Shown: positions 1 to 13,548 of the stretch, piece by piece
How positions within the stretch are numbered: position 1 is the stretch's first letter
How the letters are laid out: each line of letters begins with the position of its first letter
Source of the DNA: Callorhinchus milii
Taxonomy: Eukaryota
Direction of reading: 5' to 3'
Assembly: GCF_018977255.1 (NCBI RefSeq)
Contig: NW_024704742.1
Span: forward strand, 138,572,001 to 138,636,000
DNA length: 64,000 nucleotides
Program-made: the position numbers and the translations under genes
The notes under the pieces: model-generated
Told to the model about the DNA's origin: nothing
The model's input: only the letters and a program-made list of their open reading frames with translations
The model's database searches: none

Positions 1-3000
1 AACATTACATTTATAGAGCGCCTTTCACGTCAGGAGGACCGTGGGATGGAGTTCCAGAGTGTGGGGGCAGAGTGGCTGAAAGCCCGGCCACCGATGGTAC
101 GGCGGGTCGGGTGGAAGACATGGAGCAGGCCAGAGCCCGATGAACGGAGGGAGCGGGCAGGTTGGTAGAGAGTCAGCAGGTCAGAGAGGTAGGAGAGGGC
201 AACAACAACAAGATTCCATTTATAGAGCGCCTTTCACGTCAGGAGGACGTCCCAAAGCGCTGTACAGTTGGGTCAGGACCCGAGCAGGGGGGAAATGGTC
301 AGGGTGAGGGGAGGGAAGGGAGGGAGCGAGGAGGGGGTAGAGAGTCAAGAGGGGAGATGAAGGCATGGTCAAAGAGAAAGGTCTTGAGACCGGCCTTGAA
401 TGGCCTTCAAGGTGAGGACGAGGATCTTGAACTCGATCCTCTGGGGGATGGGGAGCCAGTGGAGTCGGGTGAGGGTGGGAGTGATGGGGTCACGGAGTCT
501 GGTGCCCGAGAGCACACGAGTTGCAGAGTTTTGGATGTTCTGTAGATTGTGAAGGGAAGAGTTGGGAAGGCCGATGAGGAGGGAGTTCCCGTAATCGAGC
601 CTTGAGGTGACGACTGCGTGGGTGAGGGTTTGGGCAGCCTGAGGGCTGAGGCAGTGGTGGAGTCTGGCAATGTTGGAGTCCTGTAGCTCAGTGGTTAGAG
701 CACTCGCTTTGCAAGTGAGAGACCTGAGTTCAATTCCAGGCAGGGCGAAATCTTGGGCAAGTTTCCTTACTCCACACAGAGCCTAATAATAATCCCTCCA
801 AAACCAAAAACAATAATAAATTGGTCATTTTCAATCTACGACTGTTTGTGGGACATTGCTGTGCGCAATTGGCTGCCGCGTTCGCCCACAAATATACAGT
901 CAATTCACTTTACAGTGTGTTCTGTGAAGCGCTTTGGGACGTCCTCCCGACGTGAAAAGCGCTATATCAAATGCAAGGATTATTATTATTATTATTATTA
1001 TTATTGCAGAGGTGGTGGGAGGCAGTGCCGGTCATGGTGAGGATGTGGGGGAGAAAGGACAGTTCAGGGTGAAACAAGATACCCAGGTTCCTGACTGGCT
1101 GAGTGAGTGAGGTTGAGTGCACAGCCATGGAGGCTGATACTGCCAGCGCCTGAGGTGCGGAGGCGCTGGCACGAGCCAATCAGGGGGGCCTTGGTCTTGC
1201 TGACATTGAGTTGGAGAAACTTGGCCCTCGTCCAGGACTTGATGTGGGACAGGCAGTCGGTCAGGACGCCATTAGTCCTGGAGTTGAGGGTGGAGGCGGA
1301 GAAGTAGAGTTGGGTGTCATCCGCATACTTGTGGAAATTTACCCCATGTCTGCGGATGATGTCACCACAGGGGGAGCATGTAGAGGGTGAAGAGCCTTGA
1401 GGAACACCGCACTAGACAGTGCGGGGGCTGCAGGAGAAGCCGTTAGCTGAGACGATGTGAAAGGTAGGACTTAAACCAATCAAGGACAGAACCTTAAAGG
1501 TTGAGGTGGGAGGAGAGGCGGTGGAGGAGGATTGAGTGGTCCATGGTGTCAAAGGCAGCAGAGGTAGCCCTGGTCACACATGGTCAGGATGTCGTTAGTG
1601 ACCTTGACCAGAGAAGTTTCTGCGCTTTGGGCGGCACAGAAACCCGATTGGAGGGATTCATGGAGGGAGTGAGAGGAGAGGAAAAAGTGAAGCTGGGAGG
1701 CAACGGCTCTCTCAAGGACCTTGGATAGGAAGGGGAGATTTGAGATGGGCCGGGAGCTGGATCGCTGTGATGGGTCAAGGGAGGGTTTCTTCAAGGTGGG
1801 GGTGATCGTGGCTGTTTTAAGGGGGGAAAGGAACAGTGCCAGATGACAGGGAGAGGTTAATGGTGTCAGTGAGTACTGGGGTAAGGAGGTGGAGCTGGGA
1901 TTTAAGGAGAGAGGTGGGGATGGGGTCCAGGAAGCAGGTGGTGGGCTTCATGGAGGTTACGGTGGTGGAGACAGAGGAGGGGGTGACAGGTTCAAAGGTG
2001 TGGAAGGAGGAATGGGTAATTGGCGGATTGGTAGTTGTGAGGGTTGGGGGTAGGGAAGGGTTGGAAGTTAGGAGGGCAGTGGCAGCTGAACGGATTCCCT
2101 CAATTTTGGACTCGAGGAAGTCCAAGATTTTCTCGCAGTGAGAATCAGAGGAAAGTATCTGCGAGGCGTGTCGGGGAGGGCAGAGGAACTGGTTAGTGGT
2201 GGAGAACAGGAGCCTGGGGTTGCCTTTCGCCTCCAGGATTAACCTGGAATAGAAGGATAATTTGGCTGAGGAGGGAGCAGAGTGGTAGTTCTTAATGAGG
2301 TCCAGCCAGATGTGGCAGTGGACCATTAGGTCGGATTTGAGCCAAGTGCGTTCGGCAGCCCACACCTGGCCTTTAAGCAAGAGGAGGTGGCTGGTGAACC
2401 AGGGTATGAATCGGAATAAGAGGCAGTTCGGGAGGTGAGGGGGGCAAGGACATCGAGTGTGGTGGAGAGGGCGCTGTGGAGAAGATTGAGTGCAGCGAGT
2501 GGGTTGTTGCGAGAGGTGGGCCAGAGGGGAAGGAGATCAGAGGACTCCAGGGCAGCGGAGAGGGATTGCGGGGAGAACTTCTTCCACGGATGGTAGAAGA
2601 TGGTGGTATCCTCATCCTCAGATTTAAGGCCATCCATGGCCTTGTCCCTTCTACCTCTCTGACCTGCTGACTCCCTACCAACCTGCCCGCTCCCTCCGTT
2701 CATCAGGCTCCGGCCTACTCCATTTCACCCACCCGACCAACCATCGGTGGCCGGGCTTTCAGCCTCTCTGCCCCCACACTCTGGAACACCATCCCATGGT
2801 CCCTTCGCCTCGTTTCCTCCCTTGCATCCTTCAAGGCCGGTCTCAAGACCTTTCTCTTCGAACGTGCCCTTGGTCTCCCTCTCAACTCTCTGCCTTCGCT
2901 CACCGCTACAACACCCCTCCCCCATGCTCGGGCCCTGATGTGTGACTGGTCAGCGCTTTGAGACGTCCTCCCGACGTGAAAAGCGCTCTATTGATGTCAT

Positions 3001-3340
3001 TTTGTTGTTGTTGTTTGGAGGCAGTGGGGAAAGGGATATGGGAGTTGAAATGGTGGTCAGAGACGGCCTTGTCAGTGATGGTGACATCCGAGACGCTGAG
3101 GGTGATCATCAGGTCGAGCGGGTGACCGTGGGTATGGGTAGCAGAGCGGATGTGGAGGGAGAGGTTGAGAGAGGAGAAGTCTGAGGAGATGGAGCAGGAG
3201 GGGGTGAAATGGAGGTTGAAGTTGCCTCGGATGATGAGGCAGTTGGAGCAGAGGCAGAGGGAAGCAAAGAGGGTGGAGATGTCAGAGATGAAGGTGGGGG
3301 CGGATTTTGGGGGGCGGTAAAGTAAGAGAATTTTTAGAGA
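1..3340 (-). mobile_element. Composite L2 LINE ORF2 remnants (endonuclease, RT, 3' tails) with nested SINE and a plus-strand L2 3' fragment (about 2607-3016)
   Basis: Peptides [19 protein letters not shown]..[14 protein letters not shown], TTCxLDPIPT and YRPPK..GNFN. The L2 3' hairpin and (CAA)n tail are present. Confidence 0.9.
675..1005 (+). mobile_element. tRNA-derived SINE, short subfamily
   Basis: Head GGAGTCCTGTAGCTCAGTGGTTAGAGC (A box) and GAGTTCAATTCC (B box), Deu-like body, L2-like hairpin, (TTA)n tail. Confidence 0.92.
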
Positions 3341-5840
3341 GCACCTCATCACGTCTTTAGACGTCTCAAAGTGCTTTACAGGATACACTGTCAAGTGCAG
3401 TGACTGTATATTTTGTGGGCGAAACGCGGCAGCCAATTGCACACAGCAGCGTCCACAAACAGTCATGGACCAAATTATTATTATTATTTCTTTGAAGGGA
3501 TTATTACCCCCGGGAAGCGATCCACCGATGGACTAACAACTGACTCCTGGTAAACAGGGGTGTGTGGAGTAAGGAAACTTGCGTAAGGTTTCGCCCCCCG
3601 CCCGGAAATCAAACCCAGGGCCTCTCGCTTGCGAGGCGAGGGCTCGAACCACTGAGCTACAGGACTCCACGAGTTAAAATAAGAGCCAAGTTTTGAAATC
3701 ACATTTCATCACTTCAAAATAACACCAGTGGAATGACAATATTGTAGGCAAAACACAGCAGCCAAATGTGCGCACGTAGCAACTAACGAAGTCAACAACC
3801 AATTTTGTCTGGGGGTGGATTATCAGCCACGACAGAGAGAGAGAGAGAGAGAGAGCGCGCGGAGACTCCCTTTGAGAGAGAAAAAATATCTACTTGGCAA
3901 TAATTTCCGTGCAACGCTTTGGGTCGTCTCAACAACTGGTATAGCAAATGCAAGGATTATTATTATTATTCTTTCCCAAAACAAGTGGTCACTCAATCCA
4001 CGACTGTTTGTGGGATACAGCTGTGCACAATTGGTACACAAATATACAGTCAATTCACTTAAAGTATACCCGGCCAAGCACTTTGAGACGTCTCGAAGAC
4101 GTGATAAGGCGCTATATCAAACACAAGGATTATTGTTATCATTATTACTCTCCAATAGAGTCACAGGATATTTAACACTCACCTGAACAGACACAACCTC
4201 AGTTTAACGTCTCACCCAAACAATGGTGTCCAGAAATATGGTCCAACACGACACTGTGAGCTCAAAGTCCAACAAAGCAGAGACCCAGTCAGTCAGTCGA
4301 TAGACTGGTAATAGCACAGAGACGAACAGCCTCTAAATGAGCCACAAATTACCTTATTACAGGTGTCACAACTAATTAGCCAACCAATAAGACTGGATAA
4401 GCAAACCCAGCCTCACCTGGGATCAGAAGCCACAGCAGGTTGTAGGAGACTCAGGAGAGAGATTTCAGAGCAACAATGTCGGTCACAGTTTATAATAATA
4501 ATCCTTGCATTTGATACAACGCCTTATCACATCATCAAGACGTCTCAAAGCACTTCTCCTTTGCAGGGTTATACTGTGTATCCCGTGGTGACTGTGTATC
4601 CCGTAATGTTTTAAAAACACAGGGGTTATTGCTCCCGGAAAAGCAATCCGCCAATTGACTAACAAGTAGGTTCCTACTGACTGCTGGTTAACCGAGGTGT
4701 GTGGAGTAAGGAAACTTGCCCAACTTTTCACCCTGTCTGGGAATCGAACCCAGGTCCTCTCGCTTGTGAGGCAAGGGCTCTCACCCCTGAGCTACAACAA
4801 CAACAAATTACACTTGGATCACACCCTTTCACATTGGAAAGACTCCACCTCACATAAGAGCGAACGAGGCAAAAGAGGACAATAAAGATTTATTTCCCTT
4901 CCCCATTCCCCCCATCATCACTTACCTGGTACAAGGTCAGCACTGCTTTAAAGCTCTAACCCTCTCACATCCTGTAAATACTCTACTTGACCAAGAAACT
5001 CATCATGTGCCCAATCAAGCCCTCTTCCTGAAAGGGTCATCTGACCTGCCCAGTCAGCATTTCCTGTCATCCATTGACTTGCATCCTGTGGAGGAACATG
5101 TTTTCATCAATTTGAGGCCATTAGGGGGCTGTTTCCAGCTCTCATCGCACCCAGAAACTTGGCCTGGCTCATTATCGCTGGTCGGCCCTTCAGCGTCTCT
5201 GCCCCCAGCCTTTGGAACTCGATCCCACAGTCCCTTCGCCCCCCTCCGTCGTTGAGACGTCTCAAAGCGCTTCACAGAATATACTGTAAAGGGTAGTGAC
5301 TGTGTATTTTGTGGACAGCAGCGTCCCACAAACAGCCGTGGATTGAGTGACCAAATAACTTTTTGAAGGGATTATTACTCCCGGGAAATCGTTCCGCCAA
5401 TCGACTAACAACCGGGTTCCAACTGACTGTTGGTAAACAGAGGCGTGTGGGGTAAGGAAACTTGGCTAGGGTTTCACCCCCTGCCCGGGAATCAAACCCA
5501 GGTGCTCTCGCTTGCGAGGCGAGGGCTCTAACCCCTGAGCTAAAGTACTCCAATGAAACTCTCAAGTGCGGTGATGGGTTTCTGTATGTCTCAAGACACC
5601 CGGCAGGTCAAAAAAAGGGTCGGCAATGCCTCCTTGTGGGCATGAGCTGTAACTGCAGCCTGGTCTGTGCTGCTCCTTGAGGGAGGGTGGTCTCTTTGTG
5701 GGACGCTGCTGTGCGATATTCGCTGCCGTGTTTCACCCACAAAATATACAGTCACTACACTTTACAGTGTATCGTGTGAAGCGCTTTGAGACGTCTCGAC
5801 CACATGATAAGGCGCGTTATCAAATATAAGGACTATTTAA
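3341..5840. mobile_element. Cluster of the same SINE family: about 3341-3669(-), 3945-4150(+, partial), 4492-4795(-), 5252-5545(-), 5695-5838(+, partial)
   Basis: Shared head, body and tail sequence. Confidence 0.85.
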
Positions 5841-5959
5841 AACGTCAACAGCACAACCCCTTTCTCTCCTCTTGTGACTGTATTATAACTCTGGCCCCAG
5901 TCACTGACTCCCTAACCAGTGAAAATAATAATAATACTTGCATTTAGGCACTGTTAAGC

Positions 5960-6620
5960 TCTCTCTACGCTGTGCGTCCACACTCCCAGGTCAGGGTTAG
6001 AGACACAGTAACGCTCCTCTACACTGTGCGTCCACACTCCCAGGTCAGGGTTAGAGACACAGTAACGCTCCTCTACACTGTGCGTCCACACTCCCAGGTC
6101 AGGGTTAGAGACACAGTAAAGCTTCTCATCCTCACCTACAAGGCCACTCATGGCCTCGCTCCCTCCTACCTCTCTGACCTACTATCCCCCTACCTACCCG
6201 CCCGTACCCTCCGTTCCTCTGGCTCCGGTCTGCTCCACATCCCCCGCCCCAACCGCCCGACCATCGGTGGCCTTCAGTCTCTCAGCCCCGAGGCTCTGGA
6301 ACTCAGTGCCTCCGCCGCTTCCTCCCTTTCCTCCTTCAAGGCCGGTCTCAAGACCTTTCTCTTTGACCGTACCTTCAGCTCCACTCTCGACTCTCTACCC
6401 CGTCCTCGCTCCCTCCCTTCTCTCCCCTCACCCTGACCATTTCCCCCCTCCTCGGGTCCTGACCCAACTGTACAGCGCCTTGGGATATCTTCCCGACGTG
6501 AAAGGCGCTCTATAAATGGAATCTTGTTGATGATGTGCGTCCACACTCCCAGGTCAGGTTAGAGACATAATAAAGCTCCCTCTACACTGTGTGTCCACAC
6601 TCCCAGGTCAGGGTTAGAGA
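5960..6620 (+). repeat. 54-bp satellite (also about 24133-24210)
   Basis: Unit CTCTACACTGTGCGTCCACACTCCCAGGTCAGGGTTAGAGACACAGTAACGCTC. Confidence 0.9.
6121..6530 (+). mobile_element. L2 3' fragment inserted in a 54-bp satellite
   Basis: KLLILTYKATHGLAPSYLSDLL and the L2 tail. Confidence 0.85.
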
Positions 6621-9560
6621 CAACAACAAGATTACATTTGTATAGCACCTTTCACGTCGAGAGGATGTCCCAAGGCGCTGGACAGTGTACAGCATTTCAG
6701 ACCCGAGCTGGGGTCAAGGGGGGGGCGAGGGAGGGGAGGGGAAAGGGGGTGGCCGATGGCATGGTCGAAGAGGAGGGTCTTGAGGCGGGACTTGAAGGAG
6801 GTTAAGGAGGGGGAAAGGCGGAGTGACTGGGGGATGGAATTCCATAGGTTAGGGGCAGAGTGGCTGAAGGCTCTCCCACCAATGGTGGGGTGGGTGGGTT
6901 GGGGGACGTGGAGCAGGCCCAGGCTGGCTGAGCGGAGGGAGCGGGCGGGTTGGTAGGGGGTTAGGAGGTCGCAGAGGTGGGTGGGGTGAGGCTGTGGAGG
7001 GCTTTGTATGTGAGGACCAGGATCTTGAACTGGATCCTCTGAAGGATAGAGAGCCAATGGAGTTGGGCGAGAGTGGGGGAGATGGGGTCACGGAGTTTGG
7101 TGCTGGAGAGGATACAGGCTGCAGAGTTCTGGATTATCTGCAGTCTGTGGATGGAGGAGTTGGGAAGGCCGACACGCAGGGGGTTTGCATAGTCGAGCCT
7201 CGAGGTGATGAAGGCATAAACAAGAGTTTCAGTGGCCTGAGGGGTGAGGGAGTGGCGGAGACGAGCGATGTTATGGAAGTGAGAGAAGGCAGAGCGGGTC
7301 ATGGCTTGAATGTGGGGGAGAAAAGACAGTTGAGGGTCGAACATGACACCCGGGTTCCTGACTGGCGGTGAGTTGGTGAGTTGAAGTGTGCAACCATGGA
7401 GGGTGATGGTGCCAGAGCCTGAGGTGCTGAGGGCCAATCAGGAGGGCCTCAGTCTTGTTCACATTCAACTGTAGGAAGTTTGCCCTCATCCAGGACTTGA
7501 TGTCCGACAGACAGTCTGTCAGGACAGCAGTGGCCCTGGAGTTGAGAGTGGGGGCAGAGAGGTAGAGTTGGGTGTCATCCGCATACATGTGGAAGTTGAC
7601 CCCATGTCTGCAGACCCCCAATGCTCGGGTCCTGACCCAACTGTCCAGCGCTCTGGGACGTCCTCCCGATGTGAAAGGCGGTCTATAAATGGAATCTTGT
7701 TGTTGTTGTTGCAGATGATGTCACCGAGGGGGAGAATGTAGATATTAAAGAGGAGACAAGGACAGAGCCCTGGGGGCGCCAGATGTGACAGTGCGGGGGC
7801 TGGAGGAGAAACAAAGTGGAGACAGTGAGAGAGATAGGAATCAAAACAGGCAAGTGCAGGTCTGTGAAGATTAAATAAACGGAGAGGCGGTGTATGAGGA
7901 TGGAGTGGTCGACAGTGTCGAAGGCGGCAGAGAGGTCGAGGAGGACAAGGAGGCAGACGGAGCCCTAATCACAGATGTTCAAAATATCGTTAGTGACTGT
8001 GACCAGGGCTGTTTCCGTGCTGTGGGCAGCGCGGAAGCCGTATTGGAGGGGTTCAAAGAGGGAATGGCTAAAGAGAAAGGAGCGGAGCTGGGACACGATG
8101 ACTCATTCCAGGACCTTGGAGAGGAATGGGAGGTTAGAGATGGGCCGACAGCTGGAGAGGGGGGATGGGTCCAGGGAAGGTTTTTTCAGGATGGGGGTGA
8201 TGACGGCTGTTTTTAGGGGGGTGGGAACTGTACCGGTGGATAGGGAGAGGTTGATGACATCGGACAGGAGGGGGGCCAGAAGGTGGAGCTGGGAGATGAG
8301 GAGAGAGGTGCGGATGGGATTGAAGGAGCAGGTGATCGGTTTGAGTTTGTGGACAGTCGCGGTGAGGGAGGAGGGAGAAATAGGGTCGAAGGAGTATAGG
8401 GGTGATGGATGGGGGTTGGGTCGTGAGGGCGAGGTGATGTTGGGGTGGCTGTGGACAGAGCTGAGGTGGCTGAACGTATCCCCTCGATTTTGGATTCGAG
8501 GAAGTCCAGCATCTCCTCACAGTTGGAGTTTGAGGAGAGGATGGGCGAGGCGTGGGAAGGTGGACGGAGGAGACAGTTTGTGGTGTAAAAGAGAAGCCTG
8601 GGGTTGTCCTTTGCCTTCAGCGTAATCTTGGAGCAGAAGGAGGATTTGGCGGAGGCAAGAGCGCAGCAGTAGATCTTGGTGGTGAAGCCAAATCTGCCAA
8701 TGGACCATTAGTTTGGATTTGGTCGAGGCGCGTTCGACAGCTCGCACTTGCGCCTTGATGTAGCGGAGATGGCTGGTGTACCAGGGGAATTTACGGGAGC
8801 ATGAGGCAGTTCGGGAGGTGAGGGGGGCAACGGAGTCCAGAATGGAGGAGAGGGAGTTGTGGAGAAAGGAGAGTGAGGAGGGGAGATCGGTCATTGAGGA
8901 CCAGAGGTGTAGGAGTTCAGATGATTCCAGAGCAGTGGAGAGAGAGAGGGAGGAAATTTTTTTCCACAAACGGTACATGATGGTGGAGGGTTGGGAAAGG
9001 GGAAGGGAGGTGTTGAGGGAGATGGAGTGGTGGTCCGAGATGGCTTTATCGATGATGGTGATGTCCGAGACGGTGAGGCCCCTGGTGATTACCAGGTCAA
9101 GGGGGTGGCCACGGACATGGGTGGGGGAGTGGATGAGGAGGGAGAGGTTAAGGGAAGAGAGAAGGGAGGAGAAGTCGGCAGAGGTAGAGCAGGAGGAGGT
9201 GAAGCGGAGGTTGAAGTCGCCTAAGATAAGGAGGAGTTCAGAGCAGAGGGAGAGGGAAGACAGGAGGGTGGAGATGTCTGAGAGGAAGGTGGGGGAAGGC
9301 TTAGGGGGACGGTAGACAAGGAGGATTTTGAGGGAAAGCCTGGAGGGGTGGTAGAGGGTAAGGTGTTCACAGGAGGGGCAGGTTCTGGAGTATGGGGAAA
9401 GGCTGAGGGGGGACCAGGAGATGAGAGCCACACCATCGCCGCGGTGTAACCTGGAGGTGTGGCCTGGGGTGGGTCAGGTTTCGGTGAGGGCGAGGATGTC
9501 GATGTTTTCCTCGACAGTGAGGTCGAGGATAGTGAGGGACCTGTTGGTCAGTGAGACACA
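6621..9560 (-). mobile_element. Near full-length ORF2 L2 LINE, disrupted
   Basis: APE endonuclease (VYRPPK, LGDFN, HxRGHPLDLV, SDH at 8517-9431), [12 protein letters not shown] (about 7560-7600), C-terminal ITSRLDY...LHWL...IQFKIL, and a 3' tail. A small + L2 tail is inserted at about 7615-7710. Confidence 0.93.
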
Positions 9561-9856
9561 GTGAAGCTGCCTCTGGAGTCCACCAGTGGGCAGTTGTGTC
9601 CCACAGGAGGGCTGTACAGAGCAGCTGTGCTGACGGAGTGAGTCGTGTTGTGCGGTAGCTGGTCAGAGGGGCTGAGTTGAGTGACCTGTTGGGAGGAGGT
9701 GATGGTGAGGAGGGAGAGATGACCAGCGTTTCCTCAGCACCTTGTAATAAACCCACTAATAATCAATACGTCTCACAGTAATTACTGACTGACACCTGTG
9801 GGCAGAGTGTATACGTAGGGAAATGGGTACACGTGCTCACAGCAATGGCACCGCGT

Positions 9857-10340
9857 GTGAGTGAGCGAGTGAGTGAGTGAATGAGTGAGCGAGTGACTGA
9901 ATGAGTGACTGACTGACTGAGTGAGTGACTGAGTGAGTGACTAAGTGAATGAGTGAGCGAGTGAGTGAATGAGTGAGCGAGTGACTGACTGACGGAGTGA
10001 GTGAGTGAGTGACTGACTGACTGACTGACTAACTGAGTGAGTGAGTGAGTGAGTGAGTGAGCGATTGACTGAATGAGTGAGTGACTGACTGAGTGACTGA
10101 CCGAGTGACTGAGTAAGTGACTGAGCGAGTGAGTGAGTGTCAGCTGTGTCGTGTATGTCACTCTCAATTTCCCTGTCTCTCAATGCCTCCCTCACTCTCT
10201 CTCTCTCAGTCTTTCTGTCTTTCTCACTCTCTCTCAGTCACTTTCAGTTTTTCTGTTACTCTCAGTTTCTCTCTCTCACTCTCACGCTCTCTCTCTCTCC
10301 CACTCTCTCTCTCTCTCTCTCTCTCGCTCTCACTCTCAGG
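9857..10340. repeat. (GAGT/GACT)n then (CT)n microsatellite
   Basis: Direct inspection. Confidence 0.95.
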
Positions 10341-10404
10341 TTCTCTGTGCCTCTCAATCCAGGTGGATGTTAAAGACACAACTCTATCAGGAGAAGGGAG
10401 GGCG

Positions 10405-10690
10405 TGGGTTTGATTCCCGGACAGGGCGAAACATTGGGCAAGTTTCCTTACTCCGCACGCCTGTTTACCAGCAGTGAGTAGGAATCCAGTTTGTTGTCAG
10501 TTGTCTGGGGATAAAAACCCCTTCAAATTTTTTTTTGAAAATGGCCACTCAATTCATCACTGTTTGTGGGACGCTGTGGCAGCTGCGTTTCACCCGCAAA
10601 GTACACAGTCACTACACTGTGCAGTATATCCCGTGAATTGCTTTGAGACATCCCGAAGACGCGATAAGGCACTCTATCACATGTAAGTAT
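10405..10690 (+). mobile_element. tRNA SINE (5' truncated)
   Basis: B box, body and tail. Confidence 0.85.
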
Positions 10691-10692
10691 TA

Positions 10693-11420
10693 GAATCACA
10701 GAATATTGAAGCACAGAAGGAGGCCATTCGGCCCATCGTGTCTGTGCTGGCTCTTTGGAAGAGCTGCCGATCAGTCCCACTCCCCCACTCTTTCCCGTAT
10801 CTCTGCAAGTTTTTCCTTTTCAAGAACCTATCTAATTCCTTGTTGAATGTCATTATTGAATCTGTTCCCACCAAAACCCTTTCAGGCACTGCATTCCAGA
10901 CCGTAACAACTCGCTGAGTAAAAAAAAATTCTCCTCCCCGCTGGTTCTTTTGCCAATTATCTTGGATCTGTGACCCCTGGTTACCGACCCACCCGTCAGA
11001 GGAAACAGTTTCTCTCCATCAAAACTCCTCATAATTTTGAACACCTCTATTAAATCCCCTCAATCTTCTCTGCTCTAAGGAGAACAATCTCAGCTTCTCT
11101 TGTCTCTCCATATAACTGAAGTCCGTCATCCCTGGAACCATTCTGGTAAATCTCCTCTGCACCCTCTCCAAGGCCTTGATATCCTTCCTACAGTGCGATG
11201 CCCAGAATTGGACACAATATTCCAGCTGAGGCCTAACCAGTGACTTGTAAAGGTTTAGCAGAACTTTCTTGCTTTTGTATTCGATGCCTCTATTTATAAA
11301 GCCAAGGATCCCGTATGTTTTTAACAGCTCGATCAACCTGTTCTGCCACCTTCAAACACCTGTGTAGGTGAACCCCCAGGTCTCTCTGCTCCTGAACCCC
11401 ATTTAAAACTCCAATGACCC
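10693..11420 (-). mobile_element. CR1 LINE 3' part
   Basis: GILGFINRGIEYKS...[17 protein letters not shown]...[15 protein letters not shown]; 3' UTR GATGGGCCGAATGGCCTCCTTCTGTGC. Confidence 0.93.
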
Positions 11421-11439
11421 ACAAACAGCCACAAAAACA

Positions 11440-13300
11440 GCCTCAAGTCAGTAGTGATGAAACTTCTAGAGACTACAATCCGGGACAATTAGAAATTTTT
11501 ACTTAGAAAAATATGTGTTAATAAAGGACAGGCAACACGGGTTTGTTAAAGGCAAATCGTGTCTAACAAACCTGATAGTGTTTGATGCAGTAACGGAGAG
11601 GGCGGATGAAGGGAGAGCAGCTGATGTCGTTTATATAAATTATCAATATAATATATATATATAATATCAATATAATATGACAAAGTGCCACATAAGAGAC
11701 TTGTAAACAGAATCGAAGCCCCGGTATTAAAGGGACAGTGGCAGCGGATACAGAACTGGGAGACAGAGAGCAGAGAGTGTGGGGAACGGTTGTTTCTCTG
11801 ACTGGAGGGAAGTGTGCAGTGGTGTCCCCCGGGGGCCAGTATTGGGGCCACTGCTGTTTGTGATCTATATAAATGACCTGGGCTTGGGGAGAGGGAGGAC
11901 AATTCCCACGTTTGCAGATGATACTGAGCTGGGAAAGTAGTAACCAGTGAGGAGGACAGTCGCAGCCTGTAAATGGCCATAGACAGACTGGTAACGTGGG
12001 CCGACACGGGGCAGATGGCGTTTAATGGGGAGAAATGCAAAGTGATGGAGTTTGTGAGGAAGAATGAGGAGAGGCCATATAAGCTGATGGTACAATCTTA
12101 AAGGGGGTGAAGGGACAGAGAGACCTGGGGGTCATATAGTAAATCTCTGAAGGTGACCGGACAGGTAGATACAGCTGTTAATAAAGCATCCGGACACGAG
12201 GCTTTATAAATAGGGCATAGAATACACAAGTCAGGAAGTCATGATGAACCTTTATATAAAACACTGGTGGGGCCTCAGCGAGAGACTGGGCTCAGTTCTG
12301 GGCCCCACACTTTAGGAAGGATGTCAAGGCATTGGAGAGGGAGCGAAGGAGATTGACCAGAATGGTACCAGGAATGAGGGCCTTCAGTGATCAGGAGAGG
12401 CAGAGAAGTGAGGATTATTCTCCGGGGAACAGAGAGGGTTAAAAGGGGAAACTTAATAGAAGTTTTCAAAATGATGAGGGGATTCGATAGAGTGAACAGG
12501 AGAGACTATTCCCACTGGCGGTGGGTCGGGAACCCGAGGGCACCGGTTTAAAATAGTTGTTAAAAGAAACAGAGGGGAGGGGAGGAGAAATGTTTACACA
12601 GCGAGTTGTTGGGATCTGGAATGCATTGCCTGAAGGGATTGGGGAAGCCGATTCCATAACAACTTTTAAGAGAGAAGTAGATAATTATTTGGGGAGGACC
12701 AGTTTGCAGGGCTATGGGGAGAGAGCGGGGAGTGGGGTTGATCAGGGCTATGGGGAGAGAGCGGGGGAGTGGGGTTGATCAGGGCTATGGGGAGAGAGCG
12801 GGGGAGTGGGGTTGATCAGGGCTATGGGGAGAGAGTGGGGGAGTGGGGTTGATCAGGGCTATGGGGAGAGAGCGGGGAGTGGGGTTGATCAGGGCTATGG
12901 GGAGAGAGGGGGGAGTGGGGTTGATCAGGGCTATGGGGAGAGAGCGGGGGAGTGGGGTTGATCAGGGCTATGGGGAGAGAGGAGGGAGTGGGGTTGATCA
13001 GGGCTATGGGGAGGGAGGAGGGAGTGGGGTTGATCAGGGCTATGGGGAGAGAGTGGGGGAGTGGGGTTGATCAGGGCTATGGGGAGAGAGCGGGGGAGTG
13101 GGGTTGATCAGGGCTATGGGGAGAGAGGGGGGAGTGGGGTTGATCAGGGCTATGGGGAGAGAGCGGGGGAGTGGGGTTGATCAGGGCTATGGGGAGGGAG
13201 GAGGGAGTGGGGTTGATCTGGAAGCTCTTTTCAAAGACCTGGCACAGACACGATGGGCCAAATGGTCTCCTCCTGTGCTGTATAAATCTATGATTCTACG
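11440..13300 (+). mobile_element. CR1 LINE (RT to 3' tail), decayed, with a 37-bp minisatellite in the 3' UTR (about 12705-13216)
   Basis: QHGFVKGKSCLTNL and FADD motifs, (ATTCTATG) tail; unit CAGGGCTATGGGGAGAGAGCGGGGGAGTGGGGTTGAT. Confidence 0.92.
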
Positions 13301-13548
13301 AAAATGAGTTGCCGATGTTATTTGGGGGATTGTTGGCCAGGATACCGGGAGAAACTCGGCTGCATTGAAATCATTTCACCTTAAAACATAAAAGAAAACT
13401 TCTCCCGCACCCATTTGGGTTTCTCCAAGATGATATGAGAGAAGACAATAATCATATGTAGAAATTACTTCCTGCATCTGCTTACCAACTTAAATCATCA
13501 TTAACTTAATGACTATTTCATTAAAATGGTCACTGCATATCTAAAGCC

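Noticed and set aside
675..750. tRNA-Ala-like genes
   Set aside because: These are SINE heads followed by SINE body and tail, with no oligo-T terminator and an imperfect acceptor stem.
5960..6120. CRISPR-like repeat arrays (also 12705-13216, 17872-18385, 51867-52075)
   Set aside because: Contiguous tandem units without unique spacers, no cas genes, eukaryotic context.
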